A stretch of 64,000 nucleotides of DNA from the human T2T-CHM13v2.0 reference genome, Homo sapiens. A program made the position numbers and the translations under genes. Of the stretch, positions 55,694 to 64,000 are shown one piece after another (within the stretch, counting starts at the first letter, position 1; each line of letters begins with the position of its first letter). Where the stretch lies: assembly GCF_009914755.1 (NCBI RefSeq), contig NC_060930.1; one strand, given 5' to 3'. Under the pieces are notes generated by a model. That model was not told the DNA's origin. It was given only the letters and a program-made list of their open reading frames with translations, and made no database searches.

Positions 55694-58409
55694 ATGGATA
55701 AATCTCAAAAACATTCCGTGTTGCCACAGAAGCCTGACCCAACAAATTCCAAAGTGCATGATTCCATTATCAAAAATGCTAGAGAGGAGCATTCCAACCA
55801 CCAAAAGCTGACCCATCCTCGCCCGAAGTGGAGAGCTGATTGCAATGGAACTTTCTAGGGCCAGGGAAATATTCTATAACTGGATTATGGTGTGATTACA
55901 CTGAGGTAGGCTTTTGTCAAAACTAATTCAAATGTACACTTCAGTGGGGTATGTTTCCATGTGTGCAAATTAGATTTTCCCAAAGTTAAACTCAAGTTGA
56001 TGGACTTATTTCGAAAAGAAAATAAGTGACAGTAAACAGCCTAAGTCACTAAGCCAGGCTCTAAGTAATGTGCCAGGTGACATGCCTTCGGGCCCGGTTA
56101 GAGTATGCTTCTGGGAGGGCTGGCCCAAAGCCAGGGCAGCCTAGTACTGAGCACTTCAACTGGAAGTGCTTGCAAAAAACAATCGCAGGCTCTTCCAGGT
56201 CACACTGAAATCAATCTCCAATAAAAGAGAAGGGAGACACCAGTTAGCCGGCAGCCAGAGGACCCCATCCTCATCCTAGTTCTCTGTCCTATGCCTTCTA
56301 CTTGGCACTATGCAGATTTTAGGAGAAATGAAATAGCAAGGCCGTGGAGAGCAAAGCATTGGTGTGGGGCCTGTTTCTCCCCATCCCTCAGCCGCACACC
56401 CGAGTCTGCCCCTTGCTTGGGATCCCTCCCAGCTGTGAGCCCCAGAGGCGGGTAAGGAGTCTACCTGTTCCGTGCTCTGCCAGCCCAGCATCCCCTCTGA
56501 GGCTGAGCTGGCCTGGCTGCCCCTGCTTCCATATCCCTTCTCTTTCATCATAGCGTTGGGTAGAGTCATAGAGACCTCAAGCCACTAAAGAGCAAACATA
56601 TTCAAACTTTGCCACAGCCCACATTAAATACAATTAAATATATATGGGTTGAGTTAAATTGCAGGTAACCAATTGCCATGTTATATTTTGCGGGCATTTA
56701 GTTAAACATTTATTTATTTCAAGTTTTCCCACCCACAAATTAGAACCAACTTTTTTCCAATGTAGGTTCCTAAAAACCTCAAAAACTCTGGGATAGCAGG
56801 GTTTCTCTACCGACCATGCCTCATCTGTAAAATGGAAAATGGTCTCTGGTCTTTCCTTGCCACATACAGGCCTCTGGCTTCCTGCTTAGCCTTTTTTTTT
56901 TTTTTTTTTTTTGAAAGCTTCGACTTCATTGAAAGGGAGCTCCCGTGAAAAGAGCCAGAGAGCTGTGGGGCATGGGCGGAGGTGTGGGAGGGTGGGCGTG
57001 TTCTCCAGCCCCGGCTGCACACCCCTGTGCTGATGAGTAGCCTCTCAGCCCCTGCTCCCAGCGTACACAGACGGCTGGGGACCCATTGCATGCACAGGAA
57101 GAGTCCAAGGCTCTGCTTTCTAACCAGTGCCCCGGCAGTGCTGTGGTCTTAGGCTGGGCTCCTTCCAGGCAGGCTCCTGCCTCCAGGCTGAGCTCTTGCC
57201 TCCTCCTAGCTTCTTGCTTACTTAACTGAGGAAGGGCTCCCAGGGGAAGCTGCCACGGAGTGGGGAGCAGGAGAGGCCAGGAGGGGAGTGAAGTCAAGAT
57301 GTGAGAGCAGCTGGAGACACGCTGTGGCCTGGCTCAAGGCGAGGCTTGGAACCAGCATCCCACCTCAAGGCTGGTCCTGCCTGGAGGCAGAGTCTGAGAG
57401 CTCTCAGACCCCGCTGGGCAATTCTCCCCAGAAGTGCAGCTGTGAGCCATTCACATGGTCACTCACAGCTGTCCTGGCCTAGGAAAGGGGAAGTGAACAC
57501 CCACAGCGCCTACTCCCCAGAGCTGCAGATGTGAGGACCACACTGTGAGGAGAGCTCTGGTTCCTAAAGCCAGTTCTTAGATGGCTGCCACACCAAGTGC
57601 AGACCTTTTACCGCTACAGATTTCCAGGAACCACCCCCAAGGCAAAGGTAATTTCTAGGCGCTTCCCCGGGGCTCCAATTGCAGTGAAGTTTGAGACGCG
57701 CTAAATTTTAGCTAGTGTTTCACAGGCTCTGACTCTTGCCCACGAATGAGTGTCTGCACGGTGTTTCTCACCACCCCTTGCTCTGCCATGCCCAGGCTAG
57801 CTACCACGTGGAGCATGCAGGCTCCACTCCACACTGTTGCCCTCGGTGGGGTGCTGCCCACATCACACATCCCTGTCATAGCTGGGTGCTGGAGCCACAT
57901 TCCCAATGCTCCCGAGAGCCCGAGAGCCAGAGTTTTTGGTTGCAGGGAGACCCTCTCTCCCCTTTGTAATACACTTTGTAAAGCAGAGGTCGTATGAGCC
58001 TAAATGGTGCAGTTTTAGTGAAACATCTTTTTGGGTCTTTTTATCAGACCAAGGCAGATGTGATCCTGGAGAGGTAAGGGGACGCATTTATCCAAGTGAC
58101 AATGTTCTCAGCATTTCCCACACCTCCTGCGATGTAAGGTCTTAGCACCAGGTCAGTCTCTCTAGGGAGGCTCCTCATGCAAATAAAGTCCTGGCAGCCT
58201 CCAGGCTGGGTCCTCAGATATCCCCAGATAGATGTGGATACTCAAGCTTCAGTGAGAAAGTCAAAGAAATGGATTCTGTTCCTTTCCTGGGTTCAGGAGG
58301 TGACCATGAGTAAATCCCTCATCTTCCTCCCTCTCACACTTTTCACCAGAAAGAACAACTTCCTGTAACACATCGAGTGTTAGTCATGGTTGTTTTAGGA
58401 CAGGAAGAT

Positions 58410-58440
<31 letters not shown>

Positions 58441-58444
58441 GTGT
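58410..58444. repeat. (TG)n microsatellite
   Basis: Direct reading. Confidence 0.95.
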
Positions 58445-59744
58445 GCTTTTTACTTTACACATCTTTATATGCTCCAAATTGTCTACAATGAAAGAAAGAG
58501 AGCTTCTATCTCTCCAGGCACTGGGCACATAGAGATGATTTGTAGAGTAGGCAGTAGAGATGGTTTCTAATCACAAGGCCTAGACGAGAAAAGGTAGAAG
58601 CCAGGCATTTCTTGGCGTCCATACTGAGGGGCGTGTGAGTTAAGTCTTGTGAACACTCCTCTTTGAAACCTTTCCACGTGCGAATGAAAAATTAAGAGCC
58701 TGGGCACTAAGAGGTCTTGTAAAAATGTTTCCCTGCATTCAGCCTGCTACATTTGCTATAGAAAAGAAGCATAATGAAAACCTCAGGGCTTTGCGTGAGC
58801 TGTTAATACATTATCTCTAGATTGATAATTATTCCCCTAAAATGAAATGTCTTGTCTGATAGGAATTATCTGTTTATTATACTGTTGAATATCCCACAAG
58901 CTACATGTGATTTCTCCTGACATTCTCAGGTGGAAGATCAGAAAAGCAGAGCAGGAATTGGTTTCATGCATTTTCCAAATTCCTATAAAATGCTCAGGTT
59001 GGGTTTGATGCTGGTTACTTCATCTGCAGTAACTCAAAGTGCAGGTCTGTTTTTCACAGGTGGATTTTATAAGCAGGTCTGAGTAACAAGATGAGAAGTC
59101 CAGATTTAACTCTTATCCTATTAATCTTGTCAATGCAGACACCAAGTTGGATGTGTAAGATTTTAAGAAATTGAGAATTTGTAGTTTAGCTGTCTTCTCT
59201 GATCCCGTATCTGATGGCTAATAATATTCTTCTGCCACTCCTTGGTGGAGATAAAAAGCCCAGGGAGTGTTGCTCTCAGATAACAACAAATTATCCCCCA
59301 CGGATACACAGAAAAGAGGCAGGAGAGTATCAGGGAAAGAGGACGTGGCTAAGAGGGCTGACTGGGGATGGCGTCTTCCCTCTATCGCTCACCAGCTGTG
59401 GGCTTCCGTGTACATCACATCATGGTTGAAGCTGTGGATTACAACAAACCGAGTCCCCTTCCCACTTCTAAAATACCACTCTTATCTTGAGAAAGTTATT
59501 TCTTTATTGATGGAAAATAGAAAATAAAATTCAACTAAAAAGGTCAGAGTTTTATAAAAAGCAGGCAACTGTAACAAATGTGGAAATAAAATATAATATC
59601 TGACTCATCTAGATCTAGATCCTTTCCTTAAACCTTAAAACAGATGCCTGCAATATGTAAACAATCCACTATTTACACATAGAAAAGAATCCTAAAGCTA
59701 GAATAATGAAAAAATTGTAATCCCTGCAGGACCTTAAATTTATA

Positions 59745-60000
59745 ATGGGCTGGATGCTGAGAGACAATTCTGCCTTGGTCTTTCGGGTTTCTGAATGTCT
59801 TGCACACGAGACACTGACAGCCTTGGTTCTGAACTACCTTTTCAAGGATATTCGTGTAGAAGAAACTCCTTCCTGGGCGACGGGTAGGCATGCTTACTGC
59901 CCACTGTAATAGAGTCCCCCTCAGGGCAAATGACACGCATGCCCATTGTAAACATGTGACATTTCCTAAATCAGGGTTCTGCTCCTGTATTGCAAATAAT
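59745..60000 (+). mobile_element. ERVL LTR fragment (LTR47-like)
   Basis: cttttcaaggatattcgtgtag...gcttactgcccact...cctaaatcagggttctgctcctgta resembles the recalled consensus. Confidence 0.45.
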
Positions 60001-61029
60001 GGCAAGTTAATTCTTTTGTCTTGGTTTCTGGGATTTGGGTTGTGGGGGATGAGCTGCTGGCTACCTCAAATGCTGTGAGTAAGAAACTGTCCTTCCTCTC
60101 AGCGAGCATCTGGGGAAATACGCAGGCTGGTTTGTGAGCCTGCAAATAGGGAAAGTCCCAGACCCTTCACCCTTCTTGATTGAAAGTTGAATTTTCACAG
60201 CACACCTCTGGGAATTACTGAAATTACAGCCATAATGATTCATAGGTTTCCTATTCCTCGTAAGTTTTCAAATAGCAGTGCCCTTGTGAGACTGATGCTG
60301 TATGTTGTTTAACACTTTGATCCTTCACCTCCTGATTTATAAATATAGATAATGGTATAATCCTCATAGGAGCTTTGCCTGTGATGTCACACATGGGAAC
60401 ACCCAGACGGCACCTGGATATTACAGTCACTCCATTTTCATTTGTGGATTTTGAATTTGAAATGTCATAAAAATTTATATTAATGATCACACTGGGAAAA
60501 AGAGACTAGATTTACCCTTCAACCTAGAAAACTAAAAAGTTGAAAAACGTACAATTCTCATTTAAAAATGAATTTAAAAGCTATTGATTGTTTAAAGCAA
60601 AACTAATACAATGTATGGTGAGGTTAACAACTTATGAAAAAGGAAAATATCTCAGAATACAAGCAAAAAGGGCAAAGAGGAAGAAAATGAGAGTAAATTA
60701 CTTTAAGTTTCTTCCATATGCCTAATATCATACTATCATAACAACATACTATAACATACTTGATGCTATTGCAAGGTAGATTTGGTAAATTTAAGATAAG
60801 TAAGATATAATAGGTGCTCTCAGAGCAACTGTGCATATAAACAAAAGCTATATGGCTAATAAACCAATTATAGCAATATAATTAAATTCTTAAAAACAAG
60901 TCAAGGTAAAAGAAGACAGGAAAAGAGAGGAATAGTGAAATAACAGATGGAACAAATGAAGAACAAATAAAAAGATAGTAGATTTAAACCCAAACATATC
61001 GATACCAGAGTAAATGTAAATGGTCTACA

Positions 61030-63335
61030 TCAGTTATTTCTACCAAGGGTCAGATAGTATAAACAGTTAAGCCTTGCATGCAGTGTAACCTGTGCTGCTG
61101 CAATAGCAGCAATATATAATAATTACCTATTTATAATACATAATTTAGATATAATATGTAATACATATTTATATGTTATATAATTTATAGATATGTTATT
61201 TATAAATATAAATATATTATATTTATATATAAATATAATATATTTATATATAAATATAAATATAATAATATATTATTATATATGATATATTATATTATAT
61301 GATATATTATATATTATAATATATTATAATATATAATATGTAATACATATTTATATGTTATATAATTTATAGATATGTTATTTATAAATATAAATATATA
61401 TTTATATATAAATATAAATATAATAATATATTATTATATATGATATATTATATTATATGATATATCATATATTATAATATATTATTATATATGATATATT
61501 ATATAATATAATATATTATAATATATGATATATTACATATTATAATATATTATTATATATGATATATTATATATAATAATATATTATTATATATTATTAT
61601 ATATAATTATAATATATTATATATTATAATATATATTATAATATATAATATATTATAATTATATATTATAATATATAATATATTATAAAATATATTATAA
61701 TATATTATATATTATATTATATATTATAATATATTATATATTATAATATATATTATATATTATAATATATTATGTATAATATATTATAATATATAATATA
61801 TTATATATTATAATATATTATATAGTATATATTATATATTATAATATATTATATATTATTATATATTATATATTATAATATATTATATATTATTATATAT
61901 TATATAATATATTATATATTATAATATATAATATATTATAATATATAATAATATATAATATAATTATACATAATAATATATTATAATATATTATAATATA
62001 TAATATATCATATATAATAATATATTATAATATATAATATATTATTATATATGATATATTATATATTATAATATATTATATATATTATATATATAATACA
62101 TTATAATATATTATATATTATATATTATATATAATATATTATATATTATATATATTACATATATAATATATTATATATTAGATATATTATATATTATATA
62201 TATTACATATATAATATATTATATATTAGATATATTACATATATAATATATTATATATTATAATATATTATCTAGTATATATATGTTATAATATATTATA
62301 TAATATATTATAATATATTATATAATATATTATATTATATATTATAATATGTTATATATTATATATTATATATTATAATATATTATATGTTATATATTAT
62401 ATATTATAATATATTATATATTATATATTATAATATATTATATATTATATATTATAATATATTATATATTATATATTATATATTATATACATTATATATA
62501 ATATATTAAATATATAGTATATAATATATTTAATGTATGTTATGTATTTAATATATAATATATTTATTAATATATAAATATAATAAATATATTTATTAAC
62601 ATATGAATATATTATACAGCTATATAATATATTTATGTTATATATGATAGAAATACATAATATATAATATTTATATATTTATATTATGTATAAATATATT
62701 GTGTTCTATTTATGATATATTTAAATATATTTATATCATCATATGTCATGTTTATATACATAAAAATATATAATATATTTTATATAAATATGTATGTATA
62801 ATATATAATAATTATATATAATAATATACATTATAAGTACATATAAGTTGTAAATGATACATAATATATTAAATATATAATTATATATTAGAATTAAATA
62901 TTATAAATGTATAATTCTGCTGTTATAAAAAGTCAGTTATAGTTATAAATATATTTGTAATGTATATATTTATATAATATATTTATATATTAAAATACTT
63001 ATAATGTATACATATTTATATAAAATTAAATATATAAATATAAACATAAATAAATATATTTTATAATATAACATAAATATATGTAAATATATAATATAGA
63101 AATACATTAATTAATTAAATATATTTAATAATATTAAATATATGTAAATATATTTAAATGTATTATGTAAATATATTTATATAATTATATATTATAACAA
63201 TATAATTCTGCTGTTGTAAAAATATCAGTTATAGACATTTCACAAACGAATAGACAAGACTGTGTTTTCATAAAACTTATTTATACAACCAGGTGGCAGG
63301 ATGTGGCCCAGGGGCCATAGTTTGCTGACTTCTAG
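61030..63335 (+). mobile_element. MER58 (hAT-Charlie MITE) split by an AT-rich expansion
   Basis: Left part tttctaccaagggtcagatagt; right part ctgtgttttcataaaacttatttatacaaccaggtggcaggatgtggcccaggggccatagtttgctgacttct. Confidence 0.75.
61111..63200. repeat. ~2.1-kb AT-rich (TATAA/TATAT)-type tandem array
   Basis: Direct reading. Confidence 0.95.
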
Positions 63336-64000
63336 TCTAAACAGTCTAGTCAAAAAGCAAATCAAAACATCTATGTAGCTAGTGAGATAGAGATATGTAA
63401 ATAAAGACACTGAGAGGCTAACAGTAAAATATTGGGAAAAAAACATGCATTATTAGAACACCAATCAAAAGAATGCTGAAGTGGCAAGGTTAACATTAGA
63501 CAAAGTAGATTTCAGAGCAAAGAATTTTACTGTGAATACAGATCTTTTTTAATGATATAGGAGTCAATTCACCATAAAAACATAACAATGCTAAATTGGT
63601 ATGTACTTAACAGGTTTTCAAACTTCTTGAAGCAAAAACTGATAAAACAAAAAAGTATATAAATTCCAAGTATAATTGGAGCTTGCAACTCATCTCTCTC
63701 AATAGTTAATAGAACAAAGAGGCAAAAGAGTAATAAAGTTAGAAGACTTGAGAAGCACTAAACGTCGACTCGTCTTCCTTGGCACCCGGAAAACCACCCC
63801 CAGTTGCAAACTACACATTTATTTCAAGTCCACATGGAATATTTACCAAGACAGACCACACTCAGGGCCAGAAAAATAAGGGCCAGAAAAATAAGTGTTC
63901 ATAATTTAGAAGAGATGAAATTATACAAAGCATATTCTCCGAAAAAAATGGAATTAAATTAGAAGTCAATAACAGAAATATATTGTGTGGTAAATCCTCC

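Larger units (their letters stand above)
60500..64000 (+). mobile_element. Old L1M inter-ORF/ORF2 endonuclease fragment interrupted by MER58
   Basis: agtagatttaaacccaaacatatc...taaatgtaaatggtcta (61000-61027) resumes at ~63336 and runs through gacaaagtagatttcagagcaaag. Confidence 0.65.

Noticed and set aside
63864-63893. 15-bp tandem duplication agggccagaaaaata
   Set aside because: Ordinary slippage within an old L1.

Overview
Human-type (primate, Alu-containing) genomic DNA. From memory, not a database search, I place it at chr6q27, at the 5' end of LINC00473 and a far-upstream PDE10A promoter. A CpG island (~17.3-19.65 kb) holds minus-strand LINC00473 exon 1 (donor at 17798/17797) behind two near-perfect CREs. 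A divergent plus-strand unit, probably LINC00602, shares the island. About 1.3 kb downstream on the minus strand is an intact 106-nt coding exon (16483-16378, MSKKRKALEGGGGGGEPQLPEEEPTAWFGDSSEEQ, phase-1 GT donor) that I recall as the N-terminus of the long rodent PDE10A11-13 variants. Bases 1-16377 are intron. Two orphan CpG islands at ~35.7-36.6 and ~38.7-39.5 kb repeat the CRE/EGR motif set, and the first is bracketed by a perfect 19-bp inverted repeat. The rest is repeat-rich intergenic DNA (L1M, L2, Alu, MaLR/ERVL/ERV1 LTRs, hAT and mariner relics). Structural oddities there include a 30-bp VNTR, a templated 72-bp insertion, a ~1.2-kb AT-rich fold-back palindrome and a ~2.1-kb AT expansion inside a MER58. 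Almost all ORFs in the supplied track look spurious. Repeat subfamily names and boundaries were assigned by eye and are approximate.
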